This document shows, in pieces, positions 1 to 15,008 of a stretch of DNA of 64,000 nucleotides; position 1 is the first letter of the stretch; the number at the start of each line of letters is the position of its first letter. The notes beneath the pieces are model-generated. The model was not told where the DNA came from and did not search any database. It saw only the letters and a program-made list of their open reading frames with translations. The stretch comes from Eledone cirrhosa (taxonomy: Eukaryota): positions 1,116,001 to 1,180,000 of the forward strand of contig OZ024765.1 in assembly GCA_964016885.1 (NCBI GenBank). Reading direction: 5' to 3'. Both the position numbers and the translations under genes were made by a program.

Positions 1-646
1 AATAAACCTCATTTGGTCATTCCATGAGAGTATCTTGGCCAGCCTATGAAGGAGTGACGCTAGAGCTGTGAAATCTTGCATGTTAAAAAATAAACCTCAT
101 TTGGTCATTCCATGATAGTACCTTGGTCAGCCTACCCTCGTGTATTATATATATATCATTGAATTTGTTTTAAATACTTCCAGTGTCACTTCACTGTGAT
201 TTGAGGGATATTTAGTCGCCATTTCTAGAATTTTTAACCACTAAAGAGGGTTTTCATCAGTTTAGTGAGATATGCTAGGTTAAACTATTGAAGATGACCA
301 TATTTGAGGGTTGTCTGACCACTAAAACAATCATTATTTATATTATTTCATTGGCTGCCATTTCTAGAATTCAGTAGACTCTGCGTTTTATTGTCTTTCA
401 TCTAAGGGGATCAACTCATTCAACTTAATATTTTGTAAAATCTTACCTTTCACTTTGCTAAGTTGCTTTCTTGATAACTTTCACAATTATACAGGTTATT
501 AATTGAGATTTTGTAGGAATACATTAAGGTCCCAGGTAGAAAGGGTCGCAGAAGTTGATGATTTTTCTAATCGACTAACACTGATTTTTCTGATATCAGT
601 GTCAGTCGTTTAGTTTACATATTGAGACCCACATAACACACACAGT

Positions 647-729
<83 letters not shown>

Positions 730-747
730 GTATATATATACATTTAC

Positions 748-834
<87 letters not shown>

Positions 835-880
835 CTTATACATCTATATATATACATGGTTATGTAATTTATATATACAT

Positions 881-939
<59 letters not shown>

Positions 940-966
940 AACATACATATATATATATAAATATAT

Positions 967-1098
<132 letters not shown>

Positions 1099-1113
1099 GT
1101 GAGTGTGTGTGTG

Positions 1114-1647
1114 TAGGCTGACCAAGATACTCTCATGGAATGACTAAGTGAGGTTTATTTTTCAACATGCAAGATTTCAGAGCTCTAGCATCACTCCTTC
1201 ATAGGCTGACCAAGATACTCTCATGGAATGAACAAATGAGGTTTATTTTTCAACATGCAAGATTTCACAGCTCTAGCATCACTCTTTCATAGGCTGACCA
1301 AGCTACTCTCATGGAATGAACAAATGAGGTTTATTTTTCAACATGCAAGATTTCACAGCTCTAGCATCACTCCTTCATAGGCTGACCAAGATACTCTCAT
1401 CGAATGAACAAATGAGGTTTATTTTTCAACATGCAAGATTTCACAGCTCTAGCATCAATCCTTCATAGGCTGACCAAGATACTCTCATGGAATGAACAAA
1501 TGAGGTTTATTTTTCAACATGCAAGATTTCACAGCTCTAGCATCACTCTTTCATACGCTGACCAAGATACTCTCATGGAATGAACAAATGAGGTATATTT
1601 TTCAACATGCAAGATTTCACAGCCGTAGCATCACTCCTTCATAGGCT
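1114..1647. repeat. 88-bp tandem repeat, 6 copies; an inverted array of the same unit lies at 1-134
   Basis: TAGGCTGACCAAGATACTCTCATGGAATG... starts at 1114, 1202, 1290, 1378, 1466 and ~1554. Confidence 0.92.
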
Positions 1648-3737
1648 ATTTCCATCAAATTAATGAGTTTTATTGCGGTAGAAGGCATTTCTGTATTAAA
1701 TATTGCATATACACTATTATTAAATAGTTCTAGTCCTTTAGGAGCCATTTCTGTATTAAATATGGCATATAATCTTCTAATACCCTCACAATTAATCAAT
1801 TTCAGTCCTGTAAAAGCCATTACTGTAATAAATATTGCATATATACTAATATTTGATTCAAATTGATGAGTTCTAGTCCTTCAGAAGACATTTCTGTATT
1901 AAATATGGCATATAATCTAATAATACCCCTCAAATTAATGAGTTTCACTCCTGTAGAAGCCATTTCTGTATTAAATTTTGCATATACACTACTAATACCC
2001 CTCAAATTAATGAGTTTTTGACTTGTAGAAGCCATTTCTGTATTAAATTTTGCATATATACTACTATTTCCTTCGAATTAAAGAATTCTAGTTGTTTATA
2101 AGCCATTTATGTATTAAATATGGCATATAATCTACTGATACCCGACATATTAATGAGTTTTAGTGTGGTAGAAGCCATTTCTTATTAAATATTGTATATA
2201 CACTACTATTTGATGTGAATTAAAGAGTTTTAGTTCTTTAGAAGCCATTTCTATGTTAAATATGGCATATACCCTACTAATACCCTCACAATTAATCAAT
2301 TTCAGTCCTGTAGAAGCCATTTCTGTATGATATATTGCATATTCACTACTATTTCCATCAAATTAATGAGTTTTATTGCAGCAGAAGCCATTTATTTATT
2401 AAATATTGCATATACACTACTATTTACATCAAATTAATGAGTTTTAGTGCTGTAGAAGCCATTTCTGTATTAAATATTGCATATACACGACTATTTCCAT
2501 CGAATTAAAGAGTTTTCTTCATTTAGAAGCCATTTCCGTATTAAATATGGCATATATACTACTAATACCCCTCATATTAATGAGTTTCAGTCTTGTAGAA
2601 GCCATTTCTGTATTAAATATTGCATATAAACTACTATTCGATTCAAATTGATGAGTTCTAGTCCTTCAGAAGACATTTCTGTATTAATTATGGCATATAA
2701 TCTTCTAACACCCTCACAATTAATCAATTTCAGTCCTGTAAAAGCCATTACTGTAATAAATATTGCATATATACTAATATTTGATTCAAATTGATGAGTT
2801 CTAGTCCTTCAGAAGACATTTCTGTATTAAATATGGCATATACACTACTAGTACCCCTCAAATTAATGTGTTTTTGACTTGTAGAAGCCATTTCTGTATT
2901 AAATTTTGCATATACACTACTATTTCCTTCGAATTAAAGAATTCTAGTTCTTTATAAGCCATTTATGTATTAAATATGGCATATAATCTACTAATACCCC
3001 TCATATTAATGAGTTTTAGTGTGGTAGAAGCCTTTCTGTATTAAATATTGCATATACACTATTATTAAATAGTTCTAGTCCTTTAGGAGCCATTTCTGTA
3101 TTAAATATGGCATATAATCTTCTAATACCCTCACAATTAATCAATTTCAGTCCTGTAAAAGCCATTACTGTAATAAATATTGCATATATACTAATATTTG
3201 ATTCAAATTGATGAGTTCTAGTCCTTCAGAAGACATTTCTGTATTAAATATGGCATATAATCTAATAATACCCATCATATTAATGAGTTTCACTCCTGTA
3301 GAAGCCATTTCTGTATTAAATTTTGCATATACACTACTAATACCCCTCAAATTAATGAGTTTTAGTCCTGTAGAAGCCATTTCTGTATTAAATTTTGCAT
3401 ATACACTACTAATACCCCTCAAATTAATGAGTTTTTGACTTGTAGAAGCCATTTCTGTATTAAATTTTGCATATACACTACTATTTCCTTCGAATTAAAG
3501 AATTCTAGTTGTTTATAAGCCATTTATGTATTAAATATGGCATATAATCTACTGATACCCGACATATTAATGAGTTTTAGTGTGGTAGAAGCCATTTCTT
3601 ATTAAATATTGTATATACACTACTATTTGATGTGAATTAAAGAGTTTTAGTTCTTTAGAAGCCATTTCTATGTTAAATATGGCATATACCCTACTAATAC
3701 CCTCACAATTAATCAATTTCAGTCCTGTAGAAGCCAT
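1648..3737. repeat. ~71-bp satellite, about 29 diverged monomers, with a ~1345-bp higher-order duplication
   Basis: GAAGCCATTTCTGTATTAAAT recurs at 71-72 bp spacing (2384, 2455, 2526, 2598). Confidence 0.9.
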
Positions 3738-3900
3738 GGCTGAGGCCATGCTGGTGCACCATATATGTAGTGTATATATATAGATATATACTATATATAC
3801 ATATATATATATATATATATACACTATATAGTGTAAATATTTATATCGACATATATACTATATATATATATACTATCTATCTAGTATAAACTATACTATA

Positions 3901-3932
<32 letters not shown>

Positions 3933-3986
3933 CTGTATACAATATACTATATATATATAATATATAGTATATATATATAGCATATG

Positions 3987-4054
<68 letters not shown>

Positions 4055-4073
4055 CTAGATAGATAGATATAGT

Positions 4074-4113
<40 letters not shown>

Positions 4114-4142
4114 TATATATTATACAGTATATAGTATATGTA

Positions 4143-4195
<53 letters not shown>

Positions 4196-4201
4196 TATAT
4201 A

Positions 4202-4260
<59 letters not shown>

Positions 4261-4516
4261 TATATATATATATAACGAAGGAAATGTGGTAAGGAACTAG
4301 ATGGACCATAACACACCAAAGTACTCAATACTTATGGTAGTAGAGTGGGTCATATAAACAAGTATGATCCCGACGGCAGAGCTCAAGCCGTCTCGATGTC
4401 TAATTCGCTGTCGAGACGGCTTGAGCTCTATACTACATTTATATATATATATATATGTATCTATATATATATACTATACATATAGATATACAATATATAA
4501 TATACTATATATATAC

Positions 4517-4579
<63 letters not shown>

Positions 4580-4873
4580 GTACATACATAATATACGTTT
4601 AAAATAAAGTTTCATATATTCACCTCTATTACACTGGTTTTACAAACTTCGTAAAACACCGAGAGTTGTGTCCCTTGAAGAATTATCTAAGAGTTATTTC
4701 CCTTTAAATCCGAAAACGTTGGTCATATTGTAACCTGCTAGATATAGCAGCTATTTCCACCTCTTCCGACACTGATACAAAACAGCGAAGATATAAATAG
4801 CTGTGTATACTCACACATACACATAGACACACACACACGCACACACACACACATACACATATACATATATATA

Positions 4874-4989
<116 letters not shown>

Positions 4990-5017
4990 CAAATATATAT
5001 ACATATATATATATACA

Positions 5018-5061
<44 letters not shown>

Positions 5062-5121
5062 ATTATATATATATATACATATATATATATACACACACAC
5101 ATATATATATATATGTGTATG

Positions 5122-5173
<52 letters not shown>

Positions 5174-5174
5174 T

Positions 5175-5286
<112 letters not shown>

Positions 5287-5287
5287 C

Positions 5288-5392
<105 letters not shown>

Positions 5393-5679
5393 CATATATA
5401 TATGTGTGTATGTGTGTGTGTGTGTGCGCGTATATATATATTCCAAATTGAAGGATAAGTGTTTCAAACTTTGTTTTATCATGAGTTAAAGGTCTATAGA
5501 TTTTTCCCTGGATTTTACTAAATTCTGTGGATGAATTTGTATCCTGATTCTCTTTTGAGATGAGTTTGAGTTATTTTTCCTAAATCTTTCGTTAACTACT
5601 TTTCCCATCTTGACGTTATAGTCGCATATATGTTATAGAATGCCGTTAGCTTCTTGCTAAAACAATCTCTATACCTCTC

Positions 5680-5716
<37 letters not shown>

Positions 5717-6125
5717 TTCATTAGTTAAGCAAACCACAGATTTCACAAGGAAGACACTATTAAAAGATTGTCAACATAGTTTTAGTTTAATGTAAGGAAT
5801 GTAGAGAATAATAATAATAATAATATTAATAATTATTATTATTATTAATAATTATTAATATTATTATTCTTATTCTCTACATTCCTTACATTAAACTAAA
5901 ACTATGTTGACAATCTTTTAATAGTGTCTTCCTTGTGAAATGTGTGGTCTTGTTTTGCTTAACTAATGAATATTTCCAGCTCTGTGCACCTAATCTCTGC
6001 ATGAACCCAGCCACCTAGCTGCTTTCCACTGCATATTGCACATTCAGCACATGCCTTTACACTTTGGCTTCTAACTAATCCACCTATCTCTCTTCTCCTC
6101 TCCTATCTCTATCTCTCTCTTGAAC

Positions 6126-6183
<58 letters not shown>

Positions 6184-6451
6184 GGGTATTATCAAATATT
6201 ATCCAATTACGTAATTTTATATAAGAACCTTTGTTATGTTATGTTCCAAACACCAGGTTAATAAGACTGTCTTTCATTAGAAATATGGTAATGAAAGGGT
6301 TAAAGTGTTTATATTTATCTAAAAACCTTCCATCATAATTTTATGTAAGAACCTTTGTTAAGTTATGTTCCAATATGGCAATCAATTAAAATATGAAAGA
6401 CCTCAATAAGCATTGTATGGAAAATAGCTGTGTGTGTATATGTACATATAC

Positions 6452-6516
<65 letters not shown>

Positions 6517-6526
6517 TATATATATG

Positions 6527-6573
<47 letters not shown>

Positions 6574-6699
6574 GTGTGTGTGTGTATACCAGCTGATTAG
6601 TCAGTAGTTGTTTGGTGGGTTGAAGTGAATCAAGTTTGACAATGACAAATGAGGTTAGTCCAGGAGTCTCCATTTTATTATGTAAGGGGTGGCTGACTG

Positions 6700-7837
6700 A
6701 TGGTGGTGTGGTGGTGGTGGTGTGGTGGTGGTGGTGGTGTGGTGGTGTATTGTGGTGGTGGTGGTGTGGTGGTGGTGTGGTGGTGTGGTGGTGTGGTGGT
6801 GGTGTGGTGGTGGTGTGGTGGTGGTGTGGTGGTGTGGTGGTGTGGTGGTGTGGTGGTGTGTTGTGGCGGTGTGGTAGCTGAGTGGTGGTGGTGTGGTGGT
6901 GGTGTGGTGGTGTGGTGGTGTGTTGTGGCAGTGTGTTGTGGTGGTGGTGGTGTGGTGGTGGTGTGGTGGTGTGTTGTGGCAGTGTGTTGTGGTGGTGGTG
7001 GTGTGGTGGTGGCGTGGTGGTAGTGTGGTGGTGTGGTGGTGTGTTGTGGCGGTGTGGTGGTGGTGGTGGTGTGGTGGTGTGGTGCTGGTGGTGGTAGTGG
7101 TGGTGGTGGTAGTGGTGGTGGTGGTGGTGGATGAGTGGTGGTGGTGGTGGTGGTGGTGGGTGAGTGGTGGTGGCGGTGGTGGTGGTGGTGGTGGTGGTGG
7201 TGGATGAGTGGCGGTGGTGGTGGTGGTGGTGGTGGATGAGTGGTGGTGGTGGTGGTGGTGGTGGGTGAGTGGTGGTGGCGGTGGTGGTGGTGGTGGTGGT
7301 GGTGGTGGGTGAGTGGTGGTGGCGGTGGTGGTGGTGGTGGCGGTGGTGTCCTTTCTCTTCCTAACCTTTTCCCACCAAGAACAGAACTGCACCCATCCTA
7401 ACGACAGTTACACCACCACCACCACCACCACTACACTACACCACCACCACCACCACCACTACACTACACCACCACCACCACTACACTACACCACCACCAC
7501 CACATCTCAATCAGGCCAGCACTTCCACATAACATTACCTCTAATACCACCACCACCACCACCACTACACTACACCACCACCACCACCACCACCACCACT
7601 ACACTACACCACCACCACCACCACCACTACACTACACCACCACCACCACCACTACACTACACCACCACCACCACCACCACTACACTACACCACCACCACC
7701 ACCACCACTACACTACACCACCACAACCACCACCACTACACTACACCACCACCACCACCACTACACTACACCACCACCACCACCACCACTACACTACACC
7801 ACCACCACCACCACCACTACAACAACAACAACAACAC
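6700..7837. repeat. (GGT/GT)-rich tract followed by an (ACC/ACT)-rich tract
   Basis: 6700-7347 is G-rich; 7410-7837 is C-rich. Confidence 0.9.
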
Positions 7838-7913
7838 TATCAAATACATCCCTCAATATAACTTTTCTATTATCCAAAAGAATTTGTACGCGTGACAGTT
7901 TTTGTGTTCATAC

Positions 7914-10130
7914 ACACTCACACACACAATCATATATATATATATATTATATATATGTATACACACACATACATACATATATATATATATATATTATATA
8001 TATGTATACACACACATACATACATATATATATATATATATTATATATATGTATACACACACATACATACATATATATATATATATATTATATATATGTA
8101 TACACACACATACATACATATATATATATATATATTATATATATGTATACACACACATACATACATATATATATATATATATATTATATATATGTATACA
8201 CACACATACATACATATATATATATATATATTATATATATGTATACACACACATACATACATATATATATATATATATTATATATATGTATACACACACA
8301 TACATACATATATATATATATATATTATATATATGTATACACACACATACATACATATATATATATATATATATTATATATATGTATACACACACATACA
8401 TACATATATATATATATATATTATATATATGTATACACACACATACATACATATATATATATATATATTATATATATGTATACACACACATACATACATA
8501 TATATATATATATATTATATATATGTATACACACACATACATACATACATATATATATATATATATTATATATATGTATACACACACACACAATCATATA
8601 TATATATATATTATATATATGTATACACACACATACATACATATATATATATATATATTATATATATGTATACACACACATACATACATATATATATATA
8701 TATATATTATATATATGTATACACACACACACAATCATATATATATATATATTATATATATGTATACACACACATACATACATATATATATATATATATT
8801 ATATATATGTATACACACACATACATACATATATATATATATATATTATATATATGTATACACACACATACATACATATATATATATATATATTATATAT
8901 ATGTATACACACACATACATACATATATATATATATATATATTATATATATGTATACACACACATACATACATATATATATATATATATTATATATATGT
9001 ATACACACACATACATACATATATATATATATATATTATATATATGTATACACACACATACATACATATATATATATATATATTATATATATGTATACAC
9101 ACACATACATACATATATATATATATATATATTATATATATGTATACACACACATACATACATATATATATATATATATTATATATATGTATACACACAC
9201 ATACATACATATATATATATATATATTATATATATGTATACACACACATACATACATATATATATATATATATTATATATATGTATACACACACATACAT
9301 ACATACATATATATATATATATATTATATATATGTATACACACACACACAATCATATATATATATATATTATATATATGTATACACACACATACATACAT
9401 ATATATATATATATATTATATATATGTATACACACACATACATACATATATATATATATATATATTATATATATGTATACACACACACACAATCATATAT
9501 ATATATATATTATATATATGTATACACACACATACATACATATATATATATATATATTATATATATGTATACACACACATACATACATATATATATATAT
9601 ATATTATATATATGTATACACACACATACATACATATATATATATATATATTATATATATGTATACACACACATACATACATATATATATATATATATTA
9701 TATATATGTATACACACACATACATACATACATATATATATATATATATTATATATATGTATACACACACATACATACATATATATATATATATATTATA
9801 TATATGTATACACACACATACATACATATATATATATATATATTATATATATGTATACACACACATACATACATACATATATATATATATATATTATATA
9901 TATGTATACACACACATACATACATATATATATATATATATTATATATATGTATACACACACATACATACATATATATATATATATATTATATATATGTA
10001 TACACACACATACATACATATATATATATATATATTATATATATGTATACACACACATACATACATATATATATATATATATATTATATATATGTATACA
10101 CACACATACATACATATATATATACATACA
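7914..10130. repeat. ~47-bp minisatellite built from TA/CA/TACA microsatellites
   Basis: Unit TATATATATGTATACACACACATACATACATATATATATATATATAT. Confidence 0.9.
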
Positions 10131-10142
10131 TAATATATATAC

Positions 10143-10209
<67 letters not shown>

Positions 10210-10284
10210 ATATACAAAACATATATATATAGATGTAGATACATTCAAAAGTTATATATATATATCTTTTGTATATATATATAC

Positions 10285-10527
<243 letters not shown>

Positions 10528-10579
10528 TATATATATGTATATATATATATATATAATGTATATATATATATATATATAC

Positions 10580-10675
<96 letters not shown>

Positions 10676-10763
10676 GAGTTTGTGACAGTACAACAACAGC
10701 CGGGAACTTGAGTAGAAGTTTCTGTTTATTGTTGTTGCTGCTGCTTGTTAAAGTTATTATTAT

Positions 10764-10872
<109 letters not shown>

Positions 10873-10969
10873 GTGTGTGTGTGTGTGTGTCAGTGTGCGT
10901 GTGTGTGTGTGTGTGTACTTCTTTACCTTTGCTAACCTACACATAGACAGACATATATATATATATATG

Positions 10970-11011
<42 letters not shown>

Positions 11012-11116
11012 ATATAATACATATACACGTACATATATACATACATACACACACCTACATAGACACACAGACACACACATTTACATATAGACAGACATAC
11101 GCACACATACACATCA

Positions 11117-11311
<195 letters not shown>

Positions 11312-11322
11312 TATATACACAC

Positions 11323-11357
<35 letters not shown>

Positions 11358-11486
11358 CACACACAGACATATAGACACAAATACATATGTACATTCATAC
11401 ACACGTATATACCGGCACACACACCTATATATATATATATACACATACACATACACACACACATACATATATAGATACACATATCG

Positions 11487-11521
<35 letters not shown>

Positions 11522-11854
11522 CGCATATATATACACATACATGTACACACACACATATATATATACACACACACACATCCACCTGGGATAAGGAAGCCAA
11601 TTCTAAAGTGACTGGACTTTCTACCTAACATCCCAAGTAAGTATCCCTCTTTCTATATATTACACATATATATATACACATGTATATACACACATGTATG
11701 TATAATATATATATCTATATATATACATATATATATAATGAATCAAAACGTATCAGTTGTTAGAATTTTGTGTTTGCCAAAAGACTTCGTCCAGAGCCAT
11801 AATGGCAAAATGTATATATACATACATCTCTTCATTTGGTTTTTATATATATAT

Positions 11855-11936
<82 letters not shown>

Positions 11937-12065
11937 TATATATTATGGAATACTGTTGGCTTTTTGCTACAATGTTTTCTATACCTTTCATTTATATATA
12001 TATATATATATATATAATCTTTTCATTTGGTTTTTATATATATACATACATATTTTCATATGGTT

Positions 12066-12116
<51 letters not shown>

Positions 12117-12454
12117 ATAATAATAAATTTGAAGACTAAAATCGAAAGAGGCCTCGATAAGGATAAATATATATCAAATATATAAGAACCGTAGAGCAAA
12201 TATTTATTAAAATAACAGATTAAAGTTTAAGCAAAGAATCGCTGCTTTCACCCTTAACGGGATATTAATAAATATATATATATATAGATATGTTTCTTTT
12301 ATTTGCCACCAGGGCATCAAAAGTGGGACAAGTACAATGGGGGGAGTTTACAAAACAAGGCGTCCTCAATAAGGAGGAGGCAATAACAATATATAAAAAT
12401 AAAATAAAATATAACATATATAGATATATAGATATATAGATATATAGATATATA

Positions 12455-12732
12455 TGCGACAGGACGCTAGTCCATCGCAGAGTTAAAGTCTGTCTTAAGC
12501 CAGGAGGCTCGTTAGGTCGGTGCTTATCCCAGTTTCATGGCATGAAGCGACGGAGAGTACAAGACTCTCCCCTGGACAGGACACCAGTCCATTGCAGAGT
12601 TAAATCTCCAGCTATTGCTGGTACTCATTTTCAGGTGAGTATACTGGAGCAACGTGAAATGAAGTGTTTTGCTCAAGAACACAACACACAACCCAGGAAT
12701 CGAACACTCTAACCACTAAGCCACATGTCTCC
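12455..12732 (-). mobile_element. CORE-type SINE variant
   Basis: Minus strand reads GGAGACATGTGGCTTAGTGG...GTTCGATTCC...TTCTTGAGCAAAACACTT. Confidence 0.7.
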
Positions 12733-12775
<43 letters not shown>

Positions 12776-12855
12776 TATTAAAATAACAGATTAAAGTTTA
12801 AGCAAAGAATTGCTGCTTTCACCCTTAACGGGATCTTCGCATATTTTATTATTAC

Positions 12856-12900
<45 letters not shown>

Positions 12901-13291
12901 CAAGCAATGAAAAGCGGACGTAAAATGATGATGATGATATATATGTATGTGTGTGTGTGTGTATCCCAGGTCCAATCGGGGGTAACCACAGTAAGTAAGG
13001 TACTCAATACATAGCAGAGTATAAATATTTAATATAGAAATGGCTTCTACAAGACTAGAACTGTTTCGTTCAAAGGAAATCATCAGGAAGCCCATATATA
13101 TATATACGTGTGTGTATATAAAAGAGAAATAGGATTTCGCTTCAAGCATAGCTTTATACAACATCTATAAATATTTTGTATCTCCAAAGAAATACAGCTT
13201 CATATGCAAATGAGATTAATCACCTCGTTTACACAGACGAGAAAAGTATATATTCTCTCCTGTCTTCTAGTCGAGCAGTCGCAAGCGGTGG

Positions 13292-13348
13292 GAGGGACCT
13301 TCCTGAGGAGGGCCAGTTAAGCCTGAAATGCATAGGCCGTTGTCCCTC
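13292..13348 (+). ncRNA. Hammerhead motif, family D
   Basis: GAGGGAC..TC-CTGAGGA-GGGC[CAGTTAA]GCCT-GAAATGCATA-GG...GTCCCTC. Confidence 0.65.
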
Positions 13349-13516
13349 TTGCTTCTGCTGGACATCTTTTAACCATGTTTTAATTTCTTCTTTATTATAT
13401 ATATATATATATATATATATGCAAAAGTTCTATTTAAAGTTGTTGGGATACAACAAGTAAATATTTGTAATGGTTGTATTTTAAAGGGTACGTCAAACCT
13501 ATTTGTAAAACTGTTA

Positions 13517-13593
13517 TATATTGTATTTTGTCTGATGAAGGCGTACCATAATTTAATGTGGTATCCCTGAAATATGTATAATGAAATAAATAT
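13517..13593 (+). ncRNA. Type I hammerhead ribozyme motif, family A
   Basis: TATTTTGT-CTGATGA-helix II (AGGCGTACCATA/TGTGGTATCCCT)-GAAA-T[ATGT]ATA-ATGAAATA. Confidence 0.7.
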
Positions 13594-13789
13594 GGTTTTA
13601 TAAATATAGTTTCCATTTATTAATATCGTATATATATATATATATATATACGATATTAATAAATGGAAACTATATTTATAAAACCATATTTATTTCATTA
13701 TACATATTTCAGGGATACCACATTAAATTATGGTATGCCTTCATCAGATATATATATATCATCGTATATATATATATATATATATACAT

Positions 13790-14133
13790 GGAGGCACATG
13801 GCTTAGTGGTTAGAGCATTGGCCTTGCAATCGAAAGATTGTGAGTTCAATTCTCAGACTGGGTGATGTGTTGTTTCCTTGAGCAAGACACTTTATTTCAC
13901 ATTGCTCCAGTTTACTCAGCTGTAGAAATGAGATGATAGGGACTGAGATCCCTATCATTCCACTGCAAAGTGGTCGTGGAGGTGCCATGGCAAAAAAGCA
14001 CCCAGCACTCACTGTAAATGAGGTTGGTGTTAGGAAGGGCATCCAGCTGTAGAAATCAAGCCAGCATCAGTTCCCGTCCCACCCTTGCAAGCAGGGAAAA
14101 AGCGGACGTAAAATGAAATGATGATGATGATGA
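13790..14133 (+). mobile_element. tRNA-derived CORE-type SINE, full length
   Basis: A box TGGCTTAGTGG, B box GAGTTCAATTC, CORE-like TCCTTGAGCAAGACACTT...CTCAGCTGTAGAAATG, RTE-like tail, (GAT)n. Confidence 0.9.
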
Positions 14134-14556
14134 TATAAATAAAGAGAGATCATCATTTTTACATCCACTTTCCCATGCAGAGTGTTTAATTAAATATATA
14201 ATAACGAAGAGAGCTTATTTACAACTTTAAGTGTTGTGGCCCAACATCTAATTAAACCTCTTTAGGTACTTGACCAGATACATAACCTGAAAAGCTAATT
14301 ACTGTTGTGTCACTGTCACAGCAATTACAATCAAATTGCTTTCTACCTGTAAATAAATATTAATTTGAAAAATATAATTGTTTCTACTTTAGGCACAAGG
14401 CCAGCAATTATTCCAGTGTATTACTGGTACTTTATTTTATCGACCCTGGAAAGATGAAAGGCAAAGTTAACCTCAGCGGGATTTGAACTCAGAATGGCAA
14501 GGGCCGTAACTCTATACGTCAAAGCATGGCGTCCGACCCTCTACCGACACTGTCAA

Positions 14557-14622
<66 letters not shown>

Positions 14623-14913
14623 TAGATAGATAGATATATATGCATATATATATACATATATATGTACATATATATGTACATATATATACATATATATATA
14701 TACATATATATATATATACATATATATATATTTATATACATATATATATACATATATATACATATATATATACATGTATATGTATACATATATATATTTA
14801 TATACATATATATATACATATATATGTATACATATATATATATATATATACATATATATATACATATATATACATATATATATATATACATATATATATA
14901 CATATATATATAC

Positions 14914-14944
<31 letters not shown>

Positions 14945-14955
14945 CATATATATAC

Positions 14956-15008
<53 letters not shown>

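Noticed and set aside
1114-3737. CRISPR-like regular repeats (also 50283-52527)
   Set aside because: No unique spacers, no cas genes, eukaryotic context; these are plain tandem repeats.
13790-13865. tRNA gene candidates at SINE heads
   Set aside because: A/B boxes are present, but each continues into CORE and LINE-tail sequence and the cloverleaf is imperfect.
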